DNA of 64,000 bases from Euglena gracilis (taxonomy: Eukaryota): contig CP154954.1 in the NCBI GenBank assembly GCA_039621445.1, positions 19,702,642 through 19,766,641 of the forward strand, in the 5' to 3' direction. The position numbers and the translations under genes are program-made. The notes beneath the pieces are model-generated. The model saw nothing but the letters and a program-made list of their open reading frames with translations. It made no database searches and had not been told where the DNA came from. Every line of letters starts with the position of its first letter. Position 1 is the first letter of the stretch. Positions 33,244 through 45,761 of the stretch are shown here, piece by piece.

Positions 33244-33601
33244 TATTGAAAGGTACGCATTTGTTTCTGTGGGGCATGAAGGCACCCAAAGCGAAATGCT
33301 GAAAATGCAAGAAAATAAAAAAAAGTCGCACGGAGATTCCTTCGGATATGGCGTAACACGTTTTGGGTGCGTTTGGGGGGGGGGGGGTGGATATTGGCAA
33401 CATTCTGTGGTTTTTCGTGTATATTGTGTTTTTTTCCAGGCAAATTTTCAATTCTTGCTGAGGATCATTTTCGACACAGAAAAAATTCTGTTTTTTATCA
33501 GATTTTCTCTGCCCTTTGATTAGACAGTGTGCATAGTAATCGACACCATCACTACTATTATTAGATATAAGTACTACACTGGGTCTGAAAAAACAAGCTC
33601 A

Positions 33602-36091
33602 GGCGGCGCATCTCGCACTTCAGGATTTTTTTCTTTGTCGATGTGCACAACTGCACAAATCGACATTTTCTTCGAAAAAAACACCGAAGTACCTACTGGG
33701 AAAGCAGAAATATGCAAGATGCACACCTCGTGATGCACGTTAGGAAACACGAAGGTTTAACTAGTTATCCTAACGAGTTGTGTGTTACATCCGGAGCGAC
33801 AGATTTGTATTCTTGTCAGTCAAGCAGGTGGGTCATATACCCTGGCTGTGACGGCTATGGGTTTTGGTTTGTCCGCTCCACGTGCATTACTGTTTGATGG
33901 GGACCGACTTTCCACCATTTCAACAATGTGATGCGCAGTAAAACTAGACGATGATTGTGGCATAAAAACCTTTCCGGAACGCTGCCGCCATCAACGGACC
34001 GAAGTATGTCTTTACCAATGGAAAATTCATCACAACACAATCTGGAGGAACACATCCCCGTATAAATTCTGTGGGGACTCCCGACCCTTCCCTCCACTTT
34101 GGACCACTTTACCTGCACATCACTTCAACCTGTACTTTTTCCAACATGCCTTTCCTTTCCCTGACAAACCCTGCATCCTTGTTCCCCACGCTCCAGCAAA
34201 CGCCAAAAAAAACAAAAGACCAAGACCGGCAAAAATAAAAAAAAGTGTGCCAAAACCCCCCGGAGGGAGACACCACCATCTGCCGACAACTGGTGAAGAG
34301 AGCCGCAGCACACAAAATGGGGGGAGACGGCACCGGGGTTTTGGTGTTTTGTTTGGCCTTTTGTCCACTTTGGGGGATAGGTCCGGGGGTTCCAGCCAGG
34401 CACCTATACTCAAACCCAAAAATTTCCCCATTTTAGGCCATTTAAGGCCATTTTAGGCCATTTTAGGCCATTTTAAGGTATAGGTGAGGGTTCTGGAAAT
34501 CATCATTTTTCGACATTTTTGTCCCAAAAACTGTATCATAACGTGTGCAAACCTTCTCTTATTCAGTAATAAGAAATGTACATACAAAAAAGCATGAAAA
34601 ATTCATGAACAATGTATCCCATGATCAACAAATCTTAATTCATACCCATAGAGGAATTCTGAACAGTAAGAAATTATGGCAGTGAAAATTTTTCAAAAAA
34701 CGTTTGACAAATATTAAAAGTTTTTATTTGCGCAACCAAAAAGCGCCCAGTTTTTTTGTATTTTGTGAAATCTACGCCATTTTGCAGGATTTCGCAAAAA
34801 GAAGCCATTTTTCTGAAAGATGATGCTGTTGCATGGTGAAATTCAATTTGAGAGCTGAGCAAAGCTGAGATCAATTCCTCTTCTCCGTGTTTGTTTTCCC
34901 CTTTGGGGAAACTTAATACTAAAAACATTCATAAACAGGAGAGAATCTCATTCATAATTGTTTGTGGTTGTTTGGGTCACTTGATCACTCGGCGTGATTA
35001 TTAGTGGTTTTGGAAAATCCCCAAAATTGTGCTAGTTCGTGATTTGACGGAATCCCTGGTACGCAACAAAACAAATGAGCATGCACAATTTCAATTGAGA
35101 TGTTTCCAACATCTTTCGTCTTTCTTTCCCTGTCTTTTTCCCCATGCTTCCAAATTTGCACTGTTTCATTATTTGCAAAACAGACATCGTTGTGCACCAA
35201 AAAAGATGGGAGTAAGAAAAAAATCCAGCTGTCCAAACCTTCAAAATTCAAATACGAAGAAGGTTGGGGATCATGGGGACTGATACTGAATGACACAATG
35301 AATTGCCACCTATCTCAAAAATTTTGCAACTGTCTCAAAGTATGACTGCAATCTTCTCAAAAGCAATGGCCACTTGTCTCATAATCAGAAAAAAAGAAGT
35401 GTCCATTGGGGTGGACAGTCAAAGAAAGTCATCCGACAGCCCCGTCAGGGCCCACATTTTAGGCAAACCCCTGGCCAACACATTGTGTCCATGGCGAGCA
35501 TTATTCGAATCAGACATGGATGCAAGAGAAAAAGACGCTTATGAAACAGAAACTTGTCTTCCAAACACAACTGTCATGAGGGCATTCATTCTTGAGAAAA
35601 ACGGCAATTGCTTTCAGAAAATTGGCAATTGTTTTGAGAAAACTGACAATTGTTTGGAGAAAATTGGCAATTATTTGGAGATAATTGACCAATTACAATT
35701 GAGAAAATTGGCAGTCATTTTGATTTTGATACATATTCCGCAACCAGCTGTAACAAAAGACACCGAAAGTAATTACCTGAATGGTGTCAGTTGTTCACAA
35801 AAAAAATTGTTGTGCAACAGGATTTTTCCCATTTTAGGCCATTTTAGGCTATTTTAGGCCATTTTAGGCCATTTTAGGCCATTCTAGCTATAGGTGCCTG
35901 GTTCCAGCCACAAAAAAAAATCCCAAAAAACCACGTAAATCCCGGGAATGCCAAGGCCAAAAATAAGCATTCGCTCGGATTTCCAACCGTGCTCCCTCTC
36001 GCTCTCACCCCTTGCAACGCCCGCGCCAATATCAGATTTTGGTTGGAGTGCGAGAATGCGCAAAAAAAGCTTAAGCGCGAAATGCGCCGCC
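33602..36091. mobile_element. TIR element, copy 2 (possibly PIF/Harbinger-like), carrying a nested hAT element
   Basis: GGCGGCGCATCTCGC ... GCGAAATGCGCCGCC flanked by tca/taa; homologous to 27568-29313. Confidence 0.65.
34397..35900. mobile_element. Non-autonomous hAT-like element with (TTTTAGGCCA)n subterminal repeats
   Basis: Perfect TIR CAGGCACCTATA / TATAGGTGCCTG; exact TSD gttccagc at 34389-34396 and 35901-35908; 10-bp repeat arrays at ~34428-34476 and ~35829-35882. Confidence 0.88.
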
Positions 36092-36385
36092 TAAGACAAA
36101 ATCAGAAAATATTCACGTCAATTATCCAAGTAATTCATCATTAAGAGTCATCCATTTATTCTCAAGACAAATTTTATCATCAGCAAATTCAGAATCAGCA
36201 GATGAGAGGGAAAACCAGAGCTGTGTGGGGACGGGGACGCCGATGGGTGAGGGGGTCGGTCCCCCCTCACCCACGATGGTAGTTTGAGGTATTCCTTTGT
36301 CGCCAAAGGAAATATTAGACCTAAAAAGCAACTGGAAGTACGGGAAGGGAATTTTCTTGGGGTGGGTCGCCCACTCACCCCCATA

Positions 36386-38415
36386 CAGGGCGGTCCTTAA
36401 GCAAAAAAAAAAATTCCTGTCCCAATACACTTCAACCAAAAAATAAGGGTTTTGGCCGGGGAAATTTTTTGAAAATTGCTTTGAAAAATGACCCCAAAAT
36501 ACATCATTTTTTGATGGAAAACCACATTTTTCCAAAAAAAATCTCCAAAAATTTTAGGGTTGAAAATTGTTAGTTTTCAGGAGGGGGATCAAAAAATGCA
36601 GGTCAAAAAAATGGAACCAAATTTTGGAGCATTCGAATTTTACTGAGAGTTTTCCTCTTTGGAAATTTTTGGGATGTTCAATGGCATTTTTTGCTTCAAA
36701 ACCTCTCAAAATCAAAATTTTGAGAAATGTTGAAATTTTGGAAGGTGTGAAAAAAAATGGGGTTTGGGGGGGCTTTGGGGGGACCCCCTGTACGGGTCCC
36801 AAAATAGGTCAAAGTTTTGTTGCAACCTTGCACAAAAAGTTTGGTGCATTTTTTGGAGTCAAATTTGAAACCCGTAAAATTGTTCTCAAAATTTCAAAAT
36901 TTCAAAATCAAAAAATTTAAAGTTGAACTTCCTTTAATTGAATTTATTGCTACCCACATGCTTTAACGAGAGTTAGTATCTTCTTCAGCAGCTTGAGCTC
37001 CTTTGCGACACCACAAGTTTCGAAACCCTCAACTCCAACTTCAACTAAAATTTACACAAACAAAACAGTTTTTGTATTTAGTCCCCAGGAATCCCAACAT
37101 AAATAGTTGAATCTGCTCATGCTCAGGAGTGTGCAAATGTGCAGGGCATACTGCCGGTGAACTTCACCGGTGGAGTTCACCGGGAACTTCATCGTTTTGA
37201 TGGTTAGAGGTGAAATTTTGATGGATGAAAATTTGCTCTTTTTCCTCTCAAAATGATCATTTTGAGGTTGATGGGTCATGGAGTCTCCCATAATGGAATT
37301 TTTCAAAAATTGGGCATCATCGAAAAATGCCATTGGGGTTGGATTTTCGCCAACAATTCCTGATCCTGTAAACCCCAACGATTTATACACTTTATAGACT
37401 TTTGAGCGTTTTGAAACACTTTCGGCCAGTTGGCCTGACTGTTTGTCACTTTTTGGCCTGACTGTTTGTCACTACTGTTGGCCATTTTTTTTTGCCAAGA
37501 GTTAACCAAAATGGCCCAAAATGGCCAAAGAAGTTTGGCCAAATTTTGGCCAAACTTTGACAATTTTCCGTCTTTTATTGCAACCTTGTACAACATTTTT
37601 GGTGTATTTATGGCGGTCAACCCCAGCTGCAAAAAAAAAACAACGTGCCAAAGAAAAAAATTGTTCCTTATGGCCAACATCATATTACAAAAAAGATCGC
37701 GTCTGGGGGATTCTTGGACAAGCCCGGTCGCTGGACAAGGGGGGGGAAAGGAAGGTCAGCGGTCCCCCCACCCCGGAGAGGGACTTTGGGCCAAAAATCA
37801 CTCTGAAAAACCAGTCAACCACCCCCTCCCTGGGGGAGGGGGTTGGTCAATGACTAAGTGATTGTGTGGGCTGGTTGCCAACTTCCAGGGGAAGAGGGGA
37901 GAGGTATGTATGGTCTTTTTCGGGGCAGGCGGGAGCATTTTCGAAACGGGAAGACGAGGATTTGAACCCAAAATACATGATTTTTGATGGAAAACCACAT
38001 TTTTTTCACAAAAAAAATCTCAAAAATTTCAGGTTTGAAAATTGGTAGTTTTTAGGAGGGAGGTGGAAAATAACGAAGGTCAAAAAAAGCGGACCAAATT
38101 TTGGCACAGTCAAAAATTTACTGACATTTTTTCTCTTGGAAATTTTTTGGATTTTCAAAGGCTTTTTTTTTGCTTCAAAAAACACTCAAAATCAAATGTT
38201 TGAGAAAATGTTGAATTTTTGGAAGGTGTGAAAAAATGGGGTTTTGGGGGGGTTTGGGGGGGGACCTCCCATATGGGTCCCAAAACGGGTAAAAAAAAAA
38301 CACCCAGCGCCGAAGGCGCCAGAAAAAATTTTCGGGTTTCTGTGTATTGGGGGGGGGGTCCTTCCGGGGGAGGTCCTTAACTAAAAATAAATCCCGTCCC
38401 TTACGGACCGCCCTG
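36386..38415. mobile_element. Non-autonomous hAT-like element with an internal direct duplication
   Basis: TIR CAGGGCGGTCCTTAAG / CTTACGGACCGCCCTG; exact TSD cccccata at 36378-36385 and 38416-38423; ~36495-36805 is repeated at ~37965-38285. Confidence 0.85.
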
Positions 38416-41400
38416 CCCCCATAGGGTTTCAGAAATTCCTGTACAGCCCTGGAAAAGGGAGCAAGGGAATAATCATGCAGAACCCGTGACAAACCATCCA
38501 TATTCCAGGAACAAAAGGGAAAAAATATACCATTAGTGAATAACCAAACTCCAACCTGACCAAACCACCAAACTAAACTAAACTAACCAATCAAATCCCA
38601 AATAAGTGAATGGGCAATGCTGGATAAATGCACAGATGGGTGGGAAAAAAGAACCACCACAAAAAAAATAAACTCCTTTTGCAGACATTTTTACAGGCCT
38701 TCGAGGGTCATCGATTTGGACTAGCTAAGAAGGCTATTGTTGAGCATTTAATCTCAAATCCCCATAATTGCGATTTTAAGTTGGCAATTGTCCACTTGTT
38801 GGGGAGCCATCAGAGTTGTTACAAGAGGTTTGCTTCAACGGTCTGGATTGTTCGCTGAACTGGGTAACACACAAAGTTGGAAGAGAAGGAGGCTGGCGAG
38901 TTTGACGCATATGTTTGCTGTGAAAAAGAACGAATGGTTGAGGTGCAACATCAACTAGGGCCAGTCATCTGCGTCAAGTCCATCTGCTTGAGACAACGAG
39001 TGAGTGATTGAGTGAGTAGGGTCAGCAGCACTATTTGTTCGCCAATCCCGCTTTATAGAAACATACCTGCAGCAGGGGTGCAGCGGGGCTGGTCAACGTA
39101 ACTTAACTGTCAGCTTCCCCAGGCTGGTGTGCACAATCCATTTGGCTCCAAAAGGAAACAATCTTTACACGATGTGTGGTTATCTGTAAACAAAAGCAGT
39201 GGGAAAGATCTGGACAAATTTTCTCCCAGGGTCGACTTGCAGCATCTTTTTGTTACAAAGTTTTCTCCAATGGCAAAGTTTCAGGCAGAAGCCGATCTCA
39301 TGCCAGGAGAAAGTATGATTAAAGCAAGAGAAAATCCAACTCAACTCCAAGGTTGGATCCAGGGGTGATTCAAAACTTTTCCGGGAAGTGCCTTGGCCAC
39401 GTTTCATTTCCTTGGCCCGACCCCACCACCTGCCAAGGCAGGCACTCCCCACATGGGCTGTCCAGCCTTACATCAGACATTTTTCCCTGTTGACTGAGAA
39501 ACATCGCATGCTTGCTTCCTCGAAGCACGTATCCTTCCTGTGTTCACCTTTTCAACAATTTATCGGAGCTTGATGGGAAAAAAGGAGTAGCTGGTATCCA
39601 AAGTCACAAAGTATTTGCATGCAGAGAGGCATATGCATACACCCACACCTTGCCACGACGTATCCCATTGATTTGAAATCGACCATCTTTCTCACTAAGG
39701 CAACCCTTGTGGAGATCTAGAGAATATGAGATTGAAGAACAATCAGCTTTCTCCACCTGGCCTTTGCAAAACTCAATGTACAGAATATTTTGCAAAATTG
39801 GCTGGAAAGCAATGAGGCCATCTCTTATGGGTGCTAACGTCCATCGTGCTGTTTACCGCAGTGCACATTTGAAAAAGAATACTGGATGTGTTGAAACCTC
39901 GACCATCTGACCTGTGATTGGAGGGTGCACTCAAAAGACGGGCTGACTTACCCCCCCCCCCATTGTTTCACTGTGCATGAGCTCTTTTCCCATCTGGGAC
40001 GTCCATTGTGAATCATCCCCTGCCGTCACCCAAACAGAGTCTGGAAAGGGGGAAACGCTTTTTTTGAGGGTGAATCACCCAGTGTTGTGCAGATCATGGG
40101 TAGGATCCCCGACGCAGGAAGGGGGGGGGGTCCTGTTGGGTCGACCGACTCGGTCAACCCAACAGTCTAATGAACAAATAGCCCATATTTTGAAATTTTT
40201 AAAAGGGTCAAAAAATGACCAAAATCGTATAAAGACGACCAGAAATAAGAATTCTGTTAATGTTGGTTAGAATATATGTCCATCTGTTGAAAACCCTTGC
40301 TATTGATCGAGAGGCAACATCGCAACTGAACTGTGGAATCTGACAATCGGCGATTACAGATTTGATTTTTTGTAAAGTTTTTGGAACATGCAATCACCAA
40401 GAATAAGAGTACTCTGGATCGTGGCTGAAATACGTGGCAATCTGTCAGAAGCCCTTGAGAACAAATCAAGGGGCGACATGTTCTGTAATTCAAAATTTTA
40501 GAAAATGATACCCAAATTCCTTAAATGCCCAAAAATGAACAAAGTATGTTGTGTAGCCACCAATTTCCTTTCGTTTCTGAGCTTTTCGAAGGACCCGAAT
40601 AATAAAAATTCTTGTGCAACTCAACCATTTTGGGGGGGGGGCAAATCCGTTTCTGTTCGAGGGCCCCAAATAACAAAATCCCTTGTGTTTCCAACCCATT
40701 TTGGTGGGGGGGAGGGGAATCCCTTTTGTTACTCAACTGTCCAGGGACTCAAAAAAAAACAGAATACCTTGTGTGACCTACCCATTTTAGGGAACAAATC
40801 CCTTTTGTTGCTCAAGTGTTCGAGAGCCCAAAAAATAGCTAAATCCCTTGCGTTACCAAGTTGTTTTGGGGGGGGGGGCAAAACCCTTTTGTTGCTCAAC
40901 TGTTAAAGGGCCAAATCCCTTGTGTTGCCCACCCGTTTTCAATATTCAATTCGAGAGTTGCCGCATAAGTGGGAGTCATGACAAATTGCAACCCCAAAAT
41001 TGGAACTCGAAGTTTTTTGTGGCCGTTTTGCGTGTTTCCAAAATTATGTGGTCTTGTTTTTACTTCCATGAAGGCAGATTTTGGGATGCTGATTGGAAAC
41101 GGCACCTCAATGAATCAATTTTTCCTTTTTTGCTTGCCCTTTGTTCAGGCATCATGGAGAACATTCCATTTCAGTTGAAACAAGCCTCAAAAGCATCGAG
41201 GCTGTGTCCTCACCTTTGGCATTTTTGCTGTGGTTGCCTGGGCCTCATTTCATGCGTCATCAAACCTGCAGGTTGGCATTGCCTTCTACTGCCGCCTCCC
41301 TGTTGCTCCATTTTAACGATGGAGGGTGTTGGGGTCGCACGGGGGGGGGGGGGGATCGTGGGAGAAGGGTCGCGGGTGGGAAACGGGTTTTCACGACGTC

Positions 41401-44400
41401 ACACATGACATCCGCGACGTCATTTTTTCCATCTAATTTTGTGCCCCAATTGGGAATTTGCATATCATTTCGGCCAAAAATAATTAGGAATTTGTGACAA
41501 TTTTGCAGTTTCATTCCCAATTTAGGGGCAATTCCGAATTTATGTGAGTTTTTTTTACACTTTTTGGAAGCTCGAAGGTCGCAGGTCGCAGGGGTGGGAG
41601 GTCGATAAAAAGAATGACCAAAATTGGTGATTTTGCACATTTGTTCCGAATTTGACCAAAAATTATATTTTTTGAGGCATTTTGGCCCATTTCAAGTTCA
41701 CTCTTGCGATCAAGGGAAATTTGGTCTCGTGATTTTCTTGACGGTTTTTTTGGCCGTTTTTCAAACAAAGCATAACAACTTTTTTTTAAAAAGGTGACGT
41801 GGTCTGGCTGTGGACCACCTCATAGTTGTAATGGGAGTGGGGGTCCATCCAGATGACGCATTTTTTCGTGAATTGCCCACTTTTTGAACATTTTTGCAAT
41901 TTTTTTTGCAATTTTGCAATTTTTTTTGCATTTTTTTTGAGACTGACATATTCCTCATCATTCCATATAATATTGCATCGTGGGATGCCAAAAATGGCCA
42001 CTCTGGGGGCGGACACTTTGGGGGGGGGGGGGTCAAATTTTGGCTTTCAGCGCCTTTGGCACCGAAGGAAAGCCACTTTGAGAGGTCCCGAGCGAGAAAT
42101 TGGCCATAGACTTTTTGGTGGGTGCTAGCACTGCCTCACCCCCCCCCTCAAAGTGTCCCCACTCCCAAAGTGGCAAAAAAAATTTGGCAAATTTTGGGTT
42201 ACCACCCCAAAATGGCCATTTTCCTTCAGCGCCTTTGGCGCTGATGGCCAAAATTTAACCCCCCAAACTGCCCCCTCCCCCCCAGAGTGGCTGTTTTGGG
42301 GTCCCACGATGCCTGGATGGTGGCCTACGGGGGGGGAGGTGAGGGTAGTCGCTGGCGTCCATGATCTGTACCGACTGCAGTACCGACTGCGGTAGCTAGC
42401 GACTAGTGACCCCCTCTGCGGACTAGTCGCCAGCGACCATTGATGGTCGCAAGCAACTGGTCTCTGTCCACAAATAATCTGTCTTTGAAAAGTGAAAGAA
42501 CAAGGCCCGAAACCAAGTTAAACTATTTCAGAAGGTCCATGTTGGGGGTCAATATGCAAAAACTTCAAAATGAAACCTTCCATTTTAAAATTTTCTCTAC
42601 AGATCATCAGGACAGTAATTTTGCAACACCGGGAATCTTGTTATTTTACAGCCCTCGAACAGTTGAGAAAGAACATTGCTTCATTGTGTTCACCCTTGGG
42701 CAACAGCATTTACCAATTGGCAACACGGTAGCCAACCAGCGTTTACCCACGGCAACCCTGCCTTGCACACACAAAGATATTTTGTCGATGGAAGCCCCCC
42801 CCGGACTTAGGACAAAGCCGGTGACCCCCTACGATGGTCAGCTACGGCATCACTAGGACCTTGGTTAAGCTGCAGAGTGGAAGCTTTTTAGACACTTGTG
42901 AGGGGGGGAAAGGCCACACCAGCATGGCGCATGACATTTGAAAAACACTTATTAAATACAAAAAAATAATGGGGGCAACTTCAGGCAAAAAAAAGGCAAA
43001 TGTACCCAGAAAATGTGAAACAATCAGCACCAAGAAAACACATTGCTTGGCACCAAGAGTCCGTTGTTTCGACTCAGCGAAGAAAACACAGTTCCTTGAA
43101 AACATATGCAGATAATTTCCAACATCAACCACAAGTTAAAAAAAAAATCCCTGGTTGAAAGAAGGCCTGGAGAAAACCCTGATTGAAAGAAAAAAACCCA
43201 AAATCCCAAAAAAAAACTGCACAAAGCTGTGTTGACGACCCCCCTGGATTCCAGCTGGGAGGCTGGAAAAATTGGGTTGGCTGAAAAAAGGATGGTGGCT
43301 GACTCCCTCCTCCCATGGGGATGCATGGGGATGGGGGTCGAAACTGGTGCCAAGAAAAATCGAAACTACAAAAAAAAAACCCAAAAAAAACTGCCAATAA
43401 TGCAAAAAAAAATTTGAGAGGGGGTCCAGCCAGCCAGCAGCCACTACCCAGTCAACAACCTTTTTCCAGCCTCGAGGGACCCCCCTCAAACCCATCAACG
43501 AGTTAGATTCATTTCCAGCCGCCCTTTGGGTAGCTGAACACTAACGGATTTTCGCTTTTGGGGTACAAAATGGGCCAAAGATGACTGGCCAGGGCAACGT
43601 TGGGGTGCAAAGGGGGGACAAATTTCAAAAGCAGCGCAGGGTTAGAGTTTGGACTGTGCAGCCTGAGTTTGGCCTAACTCCGTTGCCTGATCCCCACCTG
43701 CGAGTTAGACCTGTACCTCTAACCCAGCCCCCAAAACAACAGGGCGGGCCGACCGTTCAGCGCATTTATCTTTCTTTCCCCCTTCCTGCCTACCTGCCTG
43801 CCGCCTTTGGGAATTGAGAGGATGGCTGTGGGAGAGTGTAAGGCCAAGCTCAGGCGGCTCAGTCCTAACCCTCCCAACGCCTTCAATGGTGATCTTTTAA
43901 AATCAAATTCAGACTATTTCAAGACTGCCATTTTGCAGCGAGGGATTATTACGTGTTTTAAGGAACCCAAAAAAAACTTGTTCCGGCAACATTTGAGCCA
44001 GTGAACACATACTTGCTTGACTTCAAAAGGGCAGTTGGAGATTCGGCCATACTCGTGCCAGCAAACCTTTTTCCAACTGGACGAAATGAATATAATAATG
44101 AACAGGAAATCCCTTCTGAGTCTTTTGAGGAACTACCCAGTTTCTGTTGGACATAACAAGGCAAAGAGGAGCATGCATGCCATTCTTGAAGGGATGAATC
44201 AGAAAACATGATAAAGAAAGTAAAGTTGCATCCATTGGAAGTGTTCAACAAGGAAAAAGTTTCCAGCTCGTCTTTCAGGAGCTGCTCGTAAGTTTCGAAT
44301 GCATCCAACAGTCTTTGTCGGGCTGCGGGAAATGATGCACACGCCCCGAGAAAGCCACCTGTGGAGAGAGGGAGAGAGAGGGGGGATTTGCCACACCCGA

Positions 44401-45365
44401 CGTTCCTGCCTCCTTTTTTGCACGCAACAGGTACCACAGCCCTGAACTCTTAACAGGGGCATGTCCCCCCTGATACCCTTTGGCCCAGACCCTTGGCCGG
44501 GTCTGGAAGAATGGAGCAACAAACAATCAGTCAAACAAGAAAGCCCATTACACACTGTGCAGCAATGTGATGTGGGGCAAAGATGCATTAACTAAAACCT
44601 TCCAATCGCAAAATGAGCTGGGAATTGAAAAAAAGACAGCACTAGAGATTCGGAGATGCAAATCGAATCATTAATTATCTATTAATTATCTCAAGAGAGG
44701 TAAAAATGTGGTGTCAACTTGCACAGCCAGCCCTCTGTGTCGTGCTGTGCTTGATGCGCGTTTCACTGTGAACTGTTGAAACTCTTGCTTTAAAAACACA
44801 CCACTATGACGACAAGTGTTACCCCCAAAAACATAAAGCTCCTTGCCCACAATGAGGGGTTGTTTACAGGTAAACTTTTTGGGACATGGGATGCCCTCTA
44901 TGGGCTTTGACTCCTAATTGAGGTAAATTTGCACTCCATACCAATTCTCACCTGTGCAACTTTCAATTTTATTCCCCAATTATTCACCTGTGAGAATCTG
45001 ACTTCCACACATGAGAGATTTGTGCCTTGCTTTCAACATCAACCTCGGAGGCTTTGGAGAGGTTCAATAAGTCTGACGAGGACTTTGCCATGCTGACGGG
45101 GTGAGTCAGCCCACCGGGGGGGGGGGGTCCCTGTGGCGGAAAGGGAAATTTATCAAAGGCAAAGGCAAGCAAAGGCATATTGAGGGGGTCAGACCCTAGG
45201 TTTACCTCCTTTACGTTAGGGTGTTGGGGATTCATATTACAACTAACACTCACAGATTTGGCAGGAAATCCCAAAATTTTGGGACTTCCTGCCAAAATTG
45301 TTGACCACATTTCCCATTATTTGGGCTCTTTTGCATATATGGCACAAAATGGGGCCCCCATACCT

Positions 45366-45761
45366 GGGGTATGGGGGTGGTATGGGGTATGGGGTATGGG
45401 GTATGGGGTATGGGGTATGGGGTATGGGGTATGGGGTATGGGGTATGGGGTATGGGGTATGGGGTGAGGGGTATGGGGTATGGGGTATGGGGTATGGGGT
45501 ATGGGGTATGGGGAAAAAGGTGAGGATTATTTTTTTGCCGGGGGGGTCCGGGGGGGGGGGGTACAGTTTCATACGTTGCGCAATTAGCTTGCAAAAGAGG
45601 TCCGTGATTAAGATGAGGTTTATTTTGGGGTTATTGGGGTATGGGGTATGGGGTATGGGGTATGGGGTATGGGGTATGGGGTATGGGGTATGGGGTATGG
45701 GGTATGGGGTATGGGGTATGGGGTATGGGGTATGGGGGTGGTATGGGGGTGAGGTATGGGG
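45366..45761 (+). repeat. Two (GGGGTAT)n arrays inside a duplicated ~270-bp unit
   Basis: Arrays at ~45366-45513 and ~45636-45761, each followed by TTTCATACGTTGC...TAGCTTGCAAAAGAGGTCC. Confidence 0.95.

Noticed and set aside
34428-35882. (TTTTAGGCCA)n as an interstitial telomere
   Set aside because: The arrays lie just inside both TIRs of a TSD-bounded element, so they are subterminal transposon repeats.
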